Source: Minisyncoccota bacterium
Lineage (GTDB): Bacteria > Patescibacteriota > Minisyncoccia > Minisyncoccales > PWPS01
Assembly (NCBI GenBank): GCA_021734685.1
Contig: JAIPIL010000002.1
Coordinates: forward strand, 1-37,654
DNA length: 37,654 bases
Reading direction: 5' to 3'
Shown: positions 16,489 to 24,986 of the stretch, piece after piece
How the letters are laid out: each line of letters opens with the position of its first letter
Numbering within the stretch: the first letter of the stretch is position 1
The notes under the pieces: generated by a model
The model's input: only the letters and a program-made list of their open reading frames with translations
Database searches by the model: none
Told to the model about the DNA's origin: nothing
Position numbers and translations under genes: made by a program

Positions 16489-17007
16489 TTGAAAAAGAAA
16501 ATAATTCCCGCAAACAATAAAATAAGAGCAAGAGAAGTGAGAGTTGTTACCGTTGATGGAGAGAACTTTGGCGTTGTTCCAATTGAAAAAGCACTGGAGC
16601 TTGCGAAAGAAAGAGAACTTGATCTTGTTCAGATTACTGATAATGTTGTTCCGCCTGTCTGTAAAATAATAGATTACGGAAAGTATCTTTATAAAGAAAA
16701 CAAGAAGAAGAGAAAGCAGAAAACAGTAACTAAATCACAAGTTAAATCTGTTCGCCTTGGCTTTGCAATATCTGATCACGATATGGAAATAAGAGCTAAT
16801 TCAACAGAGAAATTTTTAAATCAAGGAAGCACCGTTCGCGTTATTCTCCCACTGAAAGGAAGACAAAAAGCACTTGAAAGTGTTGCTCGCGAAAAACTAA
16901 AGTTTTTCATAGAGATGGTTGAAAAGAAGAACGAAATAAAAATAGAAAAAGAAATATCAAAAGAGCCTCGTGGATTAACAGTTGTAATCTCAGGGGCAAA
17001 CTCGTAA
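16489..17007 (+). CDS. infC: Translation initiation factor IF-3
   Basis: 172 aa. IRAREVRVV...ALELAKERELDLVQI...PPVCKIIDYGKYLY. Non-AUG start (TTG 16489; ATA/ATT at 16501-16506 also possible), as is typical for infC. Confidence 0.92.
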   Translation: MKKKIIPANNKIRAREVRVVTVDGENFGVVPIEKALELAKERELDLVQITDNVVPPVCKIIDYGKYLYKENKKKRKQKTVTKSQVKSVRLGFAISDHDMEIRANSTEKFLNQGSTVRVILPLKGRQKALESVAREKLKFFIEMVEKKNEIKIEKEISKEPRGLTVVISGANS

Positions 17008-17019
17008 CCTTTTAGAAAA

Positions 17020-17226
17020 ATGAAAAAAACAAGCCAAAAACCAAAAACAAGAAAATCTATATCAAAAAGATTTAAAATAACAAAAAACGGAAAAGTTATG
17101 CGCCGTCGCACAGGGCAGATGCATTACCGTGCAAAAATGAACGGAGACGAAAGAAGAACCCTCCGCCGTTTCGTAGAAATGTCCCCAGAAGAATCAAAAA
17201 AAATAAAAAAATCATTAACATACTAG
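17020..17226 (+). CDS. rpmI: 50S ribosomal protein L35
   Basis: 68 aa, basic, ...KSISKRFKITKNGKVMRRRTGQMH... Confidence 0.88.
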   Translation: MKKTSQKPKTRKSISKRFKITKNGKVMRRRTGQMHYRAKMNGDERRTLRRFVEMSPEESKKIKKSLTY

Positions 17227-17228
17227 CT

Positions 17229-17450
17229 AAAATTTTCAATTTGACAATTTTCAATTTTCAAATCCTAAGCACTAAATCCTAAACTCTAAACAAACCCAAA
17301 ATCCAAATGACAAAAATCCAAAACAAAAACACTGTCATTCTGAGCGAAGCGAAGAATCTCGTTTTGAATTTAGTATTTAGAATTTAGAGTTTATCATTTT
17401 AAATTTGTAATTTATTTTTGAAAATTGCCAAATTGAAAATTGAAAATTTT
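17229..17450 (+). repeat. 222-nt composite palindrome inserted between rpmI and rplT
   Basis: Inverted TTGAAAA array 17229-17262; CTAAA(T/C)C array 17263-17291; single PAL-B arm GTCATTCTGAGCGAAGCGAAGAATCTC 17334-17360; TTTAGAAT array 17361-17419; TTGAAAA array 17420-17450. Confidence 0.9.
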
Positions 17451-17458
17451 ATAAAACT

Positions 17459-17806
17459 ATGCCTAGAGTAAAAAGAGGAACAACTGCACATAAGAGAAGA
17501 AAAAATGTTTTGCGAGAAGCAAAGGGTTTTCGTTGGGGAAGAAGCACAAAGTTCAAAGCCGCTAAACAGGCTTTAATGAAAGCTTGGAGTTACTCTTACC
17601 GTGACCGAAAGGTAAAGAAGAGAACAATGAGAAGACTATGGAACATCTCCATCAACACCGCCTGCAGAGAAAACGGAATAATCTATCGCGATTTCATCTT
17701 TAAACTAAGAGAAAAAAACATAAAACTAAACCGAAAAGTTTTAAGCGAGATAGCAAACAACCGTCCAGAAACGTTTGTTAAGATCTTAGAAGAAGTAAAG
17801 AAGTAA
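17459..17806 (+). CDS. rplT: 50S ribosomal protein L20
   Basis: 115 aa, MPRVKRGTTAHKRRKNVLREAKGFRWGRS... Confidence 0.95.
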   Translation: MPRVKRGTTAHKRRKNVLREAKGFRWGRSTKFKAAKQALMKAWSYSYRDRKVKKRTMRRLWNISINTACRENGIIYRDFIFKLREKNIKLNRKVLSEIANNRPETFVKILEEVKK

Positions 17807-17828
17807 AGAAACAACAAAACAATAAAAA

Positions 17829-17856
17829 ATCGCGGGGCCTAACCTCGCGATTTTTT
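17829..17856. terminator. Bidirectional intrinsic terminator between rplT(+) and smpB(-)
   Basis: ATCGCGGGG (17829-17837) / CCTCGCGAT (17843-17851), A-run upstream and T6 downstream. Confidence 0.75.
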
Positions 17857-17864
17857 CGTTTCAT

Positions 17865-18299
17865 TTAAAGTCGTCTTAAATCTCTTTCAATTGTTTTTCT
17901 TTTCAGTGCTTCTCGCTTGTCGTACTTCTTTTTTCCTCTTCCGACTCCGATCTCTAGTTTAATCAATCTTTTTTTCGTATAAATACTTAGAGGAATAATA
18001 GAAATTCCTCGCTCTTTCTTTTTTCCAGAAAGATAATCAATCTGCTTTCTACTTAAAAGCAGTTTTCTTTTTCTTCGTGGGTCGTAATTTTCAGAGGTGT
18101 TTTTTGGTTGATAGGGGGAGATGTGGCAGTTAACAAGAAAGCACTCGTTGTCATCAACAGAAACAAAAGCACCAACAAGCGAAGCCTTCCCTTCGCGCAC
18201 TGCTTTAACCTCTTTCCCAAGTAAAACAATTCCCGCCTCCATCTTCTCTAAGATGTGGTAATCAAAAGTAGCTTTCTTGTTCTTAACTAAAACAGGCAT
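17865..18299 (-). CDS. smpB: SsrA-binding protein SmpB
   Basis: KNKKATFDYHILEKMEAGIVLLGKEVK...; C-terminal basic tail. The ORF extends to 18347, but MPVLVKNKKA (start at complement of 18297-18299) matches the SmpB N-terminus. Confidence 0.92.
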   Translation of the reverse strand: MPVLVKNKKATFDYHILEKMEAGIVLLGKEVKAVREGKASLVGAFVSVDDNECFLVNCHISPYQPKNTSENYDPRRKRKLLLSRKQIDYLSGKKKERGISIIPLSIYTKKRLIKLEIGVGRGKKKYDKREALKRKTIERDLRRL

Positions 18300-18326
18300 T
18301 AACCCAATTCTACCACAAAACAAAAT

Positions 18327-18556
18327 GTTTCCAAAGGAAACACGCAAAACAACGCGAAACTTTTCCCTCCGTCATTCTGAAGGAGGGAAACGACTGAAGA
18401 ATCCCATCACCTCTGCAATCACCATGAGATTCTTCACTTCACTACGCTCCGTTCAGAATGACAGTGGGGTATCATTCCCACCCCCCCTGTCATTCCCGCA
18501 AAAGCGGGAATCCAGTCAATAGTCAAAAGTCACATGTCAAATGTCAATTGTCAACC
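18327..18556 (+). repeat. Composite repeat mosaic in the divergent smpB/argS spacer
   Basis: Hairpin GTTTCC-AAA-GGAAAC 18327-18341; ACGCAAAAC array 18342-18360; PAL-B (92 nt) 18371-18462; degenerate half-site 18471-18479; HP-A with AAAA loop 18489-18515; GTCAA array 18515-18556. Confidence 0.9.
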
Positions 18557-18596
18557 ACCATTGGGCTTGCTCATAAATTATGTTATAATAATTACT

Positions 18597-20234
18597 ATGA
18601 TTAAGCGCGAGATAGAAAAAATCATCAAAGACTGTTCAGGTGAAGATGGAAAAGTTGAGAAGCCGATCTCTGAACACGGGGATTACGCTTCCAGCGTTGC
18701 TTTTGATATTGCCAAGAAAGAAAAGAGAAACCCAAATCAGATCGCTGAAGAACTTAAAGATAAAATAAAATCAGAACTCTTTGAAAAAGTGGAGGTGAAA
18801 GGAGGGTTTTTAAACTTTTTTATCGCTGAAGACGCATTAAAAAAAGAAATCTCCTTGATCTTAGAACAGAAAGAAGAGTACGGAAGAGGAAACAAAGAAA
18901 AAACAGTAGTTGTTGATTACTCCTCACCAAACATTGCAAAGCCGTTTGGAATAGGACACCTCCGCTCCACAATAATCGGTCAAGCAATATATAACATCTA
19001 TAATTTTTGGGGGTGGAAGACTATCGGCGTTAATCACTTAGGTGATTGGGGAACGCAGTATGGAAAGATAATTTGCCAGATAAAAAAAGAAAACTTGGAT
19101 CCAGAAAAACTCTCTATAAAAGAACTTGAAGCAGTTTATGTTCGCTTTCACAAAGAAGCGGACGAAGACCCAGAGATAGAAAAAGAAGGAAGAGAGTGGT
19201 TTCACAAGCTGGAGAGAGGAGACGAAGAAGCAGTCAGAATGTGGGAGATATGCCGAAAAAAAAGCATTGAAGAGTTTAACAAGATATATCAAAAATTAGG
19301 AGTAGCAATAGATCACACCACCGGAGAAAGTTTTTATCAGGACAAGATTCAAGCAGTAATAGACGAAGCAGTTGAAAAGAAGGTAGCCGTAGAAAGCGAA
19401 GGAGCGCTCGTTGTCCACTTTCAAGATATGCCATCAGTTATAATCCAGAAGTCAGACGAAAGCACAACCTATCTTGCTCGCGATTTATCAGCAGTGAAGT
19501 ATCGCCTTGAAACTTTTTCTCCCGATCTTTTTATATACGAAGTGGGCGCAGAACAAACACTGTATATGAAACAGCTGTTTGCCACCGTAGAAAAATTAGG
19601 ATGGGCAAAAAAAGAACAGTTTGTTCATATGGCGCACGGGTTGTTTCGACTTAAAGACGGAAAACTTTCTACTAGAAAAGGGAAAACAATTCACCTTGAA
19701 GAAGTGCTTTCTCTTGCTGAAGAAAAAGCAAAAAAAATAATAGAAGATTCACTTTCTAGTGATCTTACAGAACAAGAAAAAGAAAAGATCTCTGAAACAG
19801 TGGCGATGGGAGCGGTTAAGTATAACGGACTAAAAAGTCACCACCGTCGCGATGTAGTTTTTGATTGGGATAGGGTGCTTGCCCTAAAAGGTGATTCAGG
19901 ACCATACTTACAATACACCTGTGTTCGTTGCAAAAGAGTTCTTGAAAAAGCAGGAGAGGGAGATTTTTCTGAAACAGAGAAGTTTAATGAAAACGAAAGA
20001 AAGTTAGCTTTGCGATTAGTTGAGTTCAAAGAAGTAGTTGAAGTTGCCGGAGAAACTTTTTCTCCAAACATAATTGCCGACTATGCACACCGATTAGCAA
20101 AAGATTTTAACCTTCTATATGAAGGGACAAAAATAGTAGGAAGCAAAAAAAGAATTGTCCTAACAAAAGCAACAAAAAATGTCCTAACAACCAGCCTATC
20201 ACTCCTAACTGTATCACTTCCGGACAAAATGTGA
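18597..20234 (+). CDS. argS: Arginine--tRNA ligase
   Basis: SSPNIAKPFGIGHLRSTIIG (HIGH region), C-terminal ...LTVSLPDKM typical of ArgRS. The track start 18534 lies in the repeat array; ATG 18597 (MIKREIEKII) is preferred. Confidence 0.93.
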   Translation: MIKREIEKIIKDCSGEDGKVEKPISEHGDYASSVAFDIAKKEKRNPNQIAEELKDKIKSELFEKVEVKGGFLNFFIAEDALKKEISLILEQKEEYGRGNKEKTVVVDYSSPNIAKPFGIGHLRSTIIGQAIYNIYNFWGWKTIGVNHLGDWGTQYGKIICQIKKENLDPEKLSIKELEAVYVRFHKEADEDPEIEKEGREWFHKLERGDEEAVRMWEICRKKSIEEFNKIYQKLGVAIDHTTGESFYQDKIQAVIDEAVEKKVAVESEGALVVHFQDMPSVIIQKSDESTTYLARDLSAVKYRLETFSPDLFIYEVGAEQTLYMKQLFATVEKLGWAKKEQFVHMAHGLFRLKDGKLSTRKGKTIHLEEVLSLAEEKAKKIIEDSLSSDLTEQEKEKISETVAMGAVKYNGLKSHHRRDVVFDWDRVLALKGDSGPYLQYTCVRCKRVLEKAGEGDFSETEKFNENERKLALRLVEFKEVVEVAGETFSPNIIADYAHRLAKDFNLLYEGTKIVGSKKRIVLTKATKNVLTTSLSLLTVSLPDKM

Positions 20235-20256
20235 GGAGGTAGGACACACCCTTCTT

Positions 20257-20422
20257 GTCATTCTGAGCGAAGCGAAGAATCCCATCATCTTTGCAAAAAC
20301 CATGAGATTCTTCACTTCACTTTGTTCCGTTCAGAATGACGGTGGAATGTCATTCCCAGCTTGACTGGGAATCCAGAAATCAGCGTTTTCAAAATTCAAA
20401 ATTCGTAATTCAAAATTAAACC
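20257..20422 (+). repeat. Composite repeat mosaic
   Basis: PAL-B 20257-20340; HP-A CAG/CTTGA variant 20349-20376; AAAATTC array running up to the ileS ATG (20377-20422). Confidence 0.9.
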
Positions 20423-23290
20423 ATGGATAATCAAAAAGGAATCTTCTCCGAGGAGGAAGAAAAAGTAATCTCTTTCTGGGAGAAACAAAATATTTTTAAA
20501 AAGTCAGTTGAAAAAGATGCTCCCAACGGAAGTTACATCTTTTATGACGGCCCTCCGTTCATAACTGGACTTCCTCACTACGCAACTCTTCTCCCCAGCA
20601 TCGCAAAAGATGTAATTCCCCGATACTTCACAATGAAAGGGTATCGCGTTGATCGTGTTTGGGGATGGGACTGCCACGGGCTTCCCGCTGAAAACAAAGT
20701 TGAAGAAAAGTTGGAACTAAAAAACAAAAAAGACATTGAAGAACTCGGTGTTGATAAATTTGTTAATGCCTGTTTTGACTATGTCCGAACTGGTTCTGAA
20801 CAGTGGAAGTGGTATATCGACCGAATCGGAAGATGGGTTGACTTAGACAACGCCTACAAAACAATGGATCTCAACTTTATGGAGAGTGTTATCTGGGCGT
20901 TCAAAGAACTTCACGAAAAAGGACTAATCTACGAGGGACACCGGACATCACTTCACTGTCCTCGTTGTGCAACCCCTCTCTCAAAATTTGAGATAACAAT
21001 GGATGCTGATTCTTATAAAGATATTGAAGAAGAAGCGATCGTTGTTCGTTTCAAACTTGAAAACGGAAGATACCTTCTCTCGTGGACAACTACTCCGTGG
21101 ACGATTCCGGGAAATCTAGCACTGGCTGTTGGAAAAAACATAGAGTATAAAATTATTGAATTTAACAAAGAAGAGTATATTTTATCACCAGAAAGTATTG
21201 AACTTGTTTTCAGTGAAAAAGAGTACAAAGAAAAAGGAAGCATTAAAGGAGAAGAGTTGCTCGGCTTAAAGTACACTCCTGTTTTCAATCTGAAAAACAA
21301 AGAACTCTCTGAAAACAAAAACGCTTTCAAAGTTTATCACGCTGATTTTGTAAACACCGAAGAAGGAACCGGAGTGGTGCACATTGCTCCAAACTTTGGT
21401 GAGGATGATTTTGAACTTGGAAAAAAGATAGAACTACCAGTTGTTGATCTGATGGATGAGAACGGAGCCTATACTACAGAAGCAGGAGAGTGGAACGGTC
21501 TATACTTCAAAAAAGCAGGAAAAAAAGTAATAGAAGATCTCCAAGAAGACTTACTTTTAAAACACAACTACACTCACTCCTACCCTTTCTGTTACCGTTG
21601 CAAAACCCAACTAATTCACAAAACGCAGAAAGCGTGGTATCTGAAAATTAGCGCGATAAGAGAAGCGATGATTAAGAACAACGAGAAGATTAACTGGGTT
21701 CCTGATCACTTCAAAGAAGGAAGATTTAAATACAACCTAGAGAATGCTCCTGACTGGTGTCTTTCTCGCTCTCGCTACTTCGGTTCACCCGTTCCCGTTT
21801 GGAAGTGTTCCTGCGGAGAAGTAAAAGTAGTTGGCTCAGTAGAAGAGCTGGAAAAGTTAAGCAAACAAAAAGTCACCGATCTCCACCGTCCGTTCATAGA
21901 CAACATTGTTTTTGATTGTGAAGAGTGTGGACAACAGATGAAAAGAATTCCAGAAGTGCTTGACTGCTGGTTTGAATCTGGTTCAATGCCTTTCGGTCAG
22001 TTCCACTATCCTTTCCAAAACAAAGAGAAGTGGGAAGAACTTTTTCCATCTGATTTCATAATAGAGTACACCGGACAACTGCGAGGCTGGTTCTACTACC
22101 TTCACGCTTTATCAACCGCTCTCTTTAACGATGTTGCCTTTAAAAATGTTATCGTCACCGGAGTTCTTGCGGGTAACGACGGAAGAAAGATGAGCAAGTC
22201 TCTCGGGAACTACCCCGATCCAAAAGGAACCCTAGACAAGTACGGAAGCGACGCGCTAAGAATATACTTTATGTCTAGCCCAATTATGATGGGTGGCGAT
22301 ATGAACATCTTAGAAGAAGACATCCAGAACGCTCTCCGTAAAAATGTGATGCTTCTTTGGAATGTTGTTAATTTCTACGAGATGTTTTCAACTGAAAGCG
22401 AGAAGATAGAGAACGATTCTCTTAAAGCCCCACAATCAGAAAACGAGATGGACAACTGGATAATCTCTCGCTTAAACGAAACCATTATCGGAGTAGAAGA
22501 AAACTTGAAAAGCTACAATATGCCTGCTTCGTCATCTTTCATCTCTTCTTTCATTGATGACCTCTCCACTTGGTACATCAGAAGATCACGCGACAGGTTC
22601 AAAAGTGAAGACAGAGAAGAAGCAGTAACTGCAACAAAAACAACCCAGTTTGTTCTGTGGTCATTTTCAAAAGCAGTTGCGCCCGTAATGCCGTTTATCG
22701 CCGAAAGAGTTTGGCAGAAGATGACGGGAAACGATTTCAACGATGGAGAAAAATCAGTTCACCTCACAGCTTTTCCAACTCCTGAAAAAAACATAATAAA
22801 TCAAGAACTCTTAGAAGATATGAAGAAAGTGAGAGAAGTGGTTTCTCTTGCCCTGAAACAACGAGTAGATGCCGGAGTAAAAGTTAGACAACCGTTAGGA
22901 AAACTTCTTGTGAAAAGCAATATAAACAAAAACCTTCTTTACTTGATCAGAGAAGAAGTGAATGTGAAAGAAGTAGTAGTTGACAACAAGATAGAAGAAG
23001 AAGTCCAACTTGATCTAGAGATAACTCCTGAACTAAAAGAGGAAGGGGATTTCCGAGAAGTAGCAAGAACAATTCAAACTCTAAGAAAACAAGCAGGATT
23101 AGTTCCCGAAGACAAGATAACTTTACTTTATCAAGGAGAAGGGTTTGAAAACTTCTTTGAAAAATGGAAAGAAAACCTAAAAAAAGAAACCGGAACCGAA
23201 AAAATAAAAAAAGAAACAACAAAAACCCCAAAAGCACAAAAAAAGACAAAAATCCAAAACAAAGAAATTGTTTTGACAATTGACAATTAA
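20423..23290 (+). CDS. ileS: Isoleucine--tRNA ligase
   Basis: 955 aa. PPFITGLPHYATLL (HIGH-type), KMSKSLGN, editing domain WTTTPWT. The last codons (VLTIDN-stop) lie in a TTGACAA array. Confidence 0.96.
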   Translation: MDNQKGIFSEEEEKVISFWEKQNIFKKSVEKDAPNGSYIFYDGPPFITGLPHYATLLPSIAKDVIPRYFTMKGYRVDRVWGWDCHGLPAENKVEEKLELKNKKDIEELGVDKFVNACFDYVRTGSEQWKWYIDRIGRWVDLDNAYKTMDLNFMESVIWAFKELHEKGLIYEGHRTSLHCPRCATPLSKFEITMDADSYKDIEEEAIVVRFKLENGRYLLSWTTTPWTIPGNLALAVGKNIEYKIIEFNKEEYILSPESIELVFSEKEYKEKGSIKGEELLGLKYTPVFNLKNKELSENKNAFKVYHADFVNTEEGTGVVHIAPNFGEDDFELGKKIELPVVDLMDENGAYTTEAGEWNGLYFKKAGKKVIEDLQEDLLLKHNYTHSYPFCYRCKTQLIHKTQKAWYLKISAIREAMIKNNEKINWVPDHFKEGRFKYNLENAPDWCLSRSRYFGSPVPVWKCSCGEVKVVGSVEELEKLSKQKVTDLHRPFIDNIVFDCEECGQQMKRIPEVLDCWFESGSMPFGQFHYPFQNKEKWEELFPSDFIIEYTGQLRGWFYYLHALSTALFNDVAFKNVIVTGVLAGNDGRKMSKSLGNYPDPKGTLDKYGSDALRIYFMSSPIMMGGDMNILEEDIQNALRKNVMLLWNVVNFYEMFSTESEKIENDSLKAPQSENEMDNWIISRLNETIIGVEENLKSYNMPASSSFISSFIDDLSTWYIRRSRDRFKSEDREEAVTATKTTQFVLWSFSKAVAPVMPFIAERVWQKMTGNDFNDGEKSVHLTAFPTPEKNIINQELLEDMKKVREVVSLALKQRVDAGVKVRQPLGKLLVKSNINKNLLYLIREEVNVKEVVVDNKIEEEVQLDLEITPELKEEGDFREVARTIQTLRKQAGLVPEDKITLLYQGEGFENFFEKWKENLKKETGTEKIKKETTKTPKAQKKTKIQNKEIVLTIDN

Positions 23291-23441
23291 CATGCAACAT
23301 GTTACTCTCTCTGGATTCCCAGTCAAGCTGGGGATGACAAAGAGGTGTCATTCCCGCCCCACCTGTCATTCCCGCGAAAGCGGGAATCCAGAAATCCGTG
23401 TTCATCAGTGTTCACATCCGCGTAAATCCGCGTGTTTAATC
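23273..23441 (+). repeat. Repeat mosaic with a head-to-head HP-A doublet
   Basis: TTGACAA array 23273-23305; inverted HP-A CTGGATTCCCAGTCAAGCTGGGGATGAC 23311-23338; half-site 23347-23355; forward HP-A 23365-23391; CCGTGTTCA-type array 23392-23441. Confidence 0.9.
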
Positions 23442-23445
23442 AAAA

Positions 23446-24102
23446 ATGTTCACTCACCATCGTACTCAAGCAATAATCCTAGATGACAAACAAGTTGGTG
23501 AAGCCGATCGGATTTTTACTTTTTACACCAAAGACTTTGGAAAGATAACTGCAACCGGAAGATCAATTAGAAAAGGGAAGTCAAAGCTGAAAATGAACAC
23601 TCAACTCTTCTCTTTCTCAGAGATAGAGTTTATCCAAGGAAGAAAAAACAACACCCTCACTGACGCTGTCCTTTTATCAAGTTTCAGAAAAACAAAAAAC
23701 AACTTAGCAAAACTCTCTCTCTTCTACCGCATCGCCGAAACCACCCTCTCTTTCATAAAAGAACAAGAGAAAGACGAGAAGATCTTTAACCTTCTTCTTG
23801 AAACCCTTCAAGAAGTGGAAGAAAAAAACCTCTCCAAAGAAAAGCTGAAAATAATGTGGTGTGCCTACACTTTTCGCCTACTTTATTTTTTAGGATATAA
23901 GTTATATACTAAGGAGTGTATGATCTGTGAAGAGAAGATAGAAGCAGAGTGCTACTTCAACCCCGAAGGAAAAGGAGTAGTCTGCCCAAAATGCTACCCA
24001 AAAAACCCAACCGGAATCTACATAGACGACATAAAAAAAGTATTCCTAACAAACCCAAACCGTTGCATAAAAATAACAAAAAGCTATATAAATAACATAT
24101 AG
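23446..24102 (+). CDS. recO: DNA repair protein RecO
   Basis: 218 aa. MFTHHRTQAIILDDKQVGEADRIFTFYTKDFGKITATGRSIRK (OB fold), C-terminal Cys cluster CMICEEK...VCPKC. Confidence 0.88.
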   Translation: MFTHHRTQAIILDDKQVGEADRIFTFYTKDFGKITATGRSIRKGKSKLKMNTQLFSFSEIEFIQGRKNNTLTDAVLLSSFRKTKNNLAKLSLFYRIAETTLSFIKEQEKDEKIFNLLLETLQEVEEKNLSKEKLKIMWCAYTFRLLYFLGYKLYTKECMICEEKIEAECYFNPEGKGVVCPKCYPKNPTGIYIDDIKKVFLTNPNRCIKITKSYINNI

Positions 24103-24423
24103 AAATAATTTTCAATTTGGCAATTTTCAATTTTCAATGAATGACCAAATGACCAAATGACCAAAACAACCATTTCTGTCATTCTGAAGGAGTGAAACGA
24201 CTGAAGAATCCCATCATTCTTGTAAAAACCATGAGATTCTTCACTACGCTACGCTTCGTTCAGAATGACGGTGGGGTGGCTCTCACGCCCCCTGTCATTC
24301 CCACCCCCACCTGTCATTCCCGCTCCCCCTCTTGTCATTCCCGCGAAAGCGGGAATCCAGTTTTGAAAATTAAAAAATTGAAAATTCATTGAAAATTGCC
24401 AAATTGAAAATTGAAAATTTTAG
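24103..24423 (+). repeat. 321-nt composite palindromic mosaic
   Basis: Inverted TTGAAAA array plus ATGACCAA x3 24103-24177; PAL-B (92 nt) 24178-24269; half-sites 24294 and 24313; HP-A 24334-24360; TTGAAAA array 24361-24423. Confidence 0.9.
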
Positions 24424-24440
24424 TCAGTGTTTTAATAATT

Positions 24441-24842
24441 ATGCCAAAAGTCAAAAGTCAAAAGTCAATTGTTAAATGTCAAAGTGGTTTCACCCTAATG
24501 GAACTAATGATCGTAATTGGGCTTCTGGTTATTTTCACCACCTTAACGATTCCTTACGGACTTAATTTTTATAACGCTCGGATGTTAGAAGAAGAAACCG
24601 CAAGCGTTGCAACTGTAATTGAGAGAGCAAGAGCTCACGCCGTATCAGGAAAAGAAGACAGCGATTGGGGAGTCCGATTTTTATACGCCCAAAATCAGTT
24701 CACAATATTCAAAGGAAGTTCTTGCGGATCAGGAACAATATACCAAACATTTAATCTAAACGACTCAACCGAACTAGAAAGCGAAATAAACTGCATAATC
24801 TTCGAAAGACACACAGGAATCCCAAAAATATATAATAACTAG
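24441..24842 (+). CDS. Type IV pilin-like protein (prepilin N-terminal cleavage/methylation domain)
   Basis: MPKVKSQKSIVKCQSG|FTLMELMIVIGLLVIF is a class III signal peptide. The track start 24411 (TTG) lies in the repeat array; ATG 24441 is preferred. The leader is encoded by a GTCAAAA array (24444-24487). Confidence 0.85.
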   Translation: MPKVKSQKSIVKCQSGFTLMELMIVIGLLVIFTTLTIPYGLNFYNARMLEEETASVATVIERARAHAVSGKEDSDWGVRFLYAQNQFTIFKGSSCGSGTIYQTFNLNDSTELESEINCIIFERHTGIPKIYNN

Positions 24843-24986
24843 TGACAATTGACATGTGACATGTGACTGTCATTCCCGCCCCCACTTGTCATTCCCAGCT
24901 TGACTGGGAATCCAGTTTGTAATTTTGAACATTGTAATTTGTAATTTATTTGGAATTTGTAATTTAGAATTTGTAATTTAATATCT
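24842..24986 (+). repeat. Repeat mosaic
   Basis: GTGACA array 24842-24867; half-site 24869-24877; HP-A CAG variant 24888-24915; TTTGTAA array 24916-24986 running up to the next ATG. Confidence 0.9.

Noticed and set aside
16034-16517. ORFs 16034-16219(+) and 16239-16517(-) as protein genes
   Set aside because: They overlap the tmRNA and the structured leader. The region is explained by RNA structure and the tmRNA landmarks.
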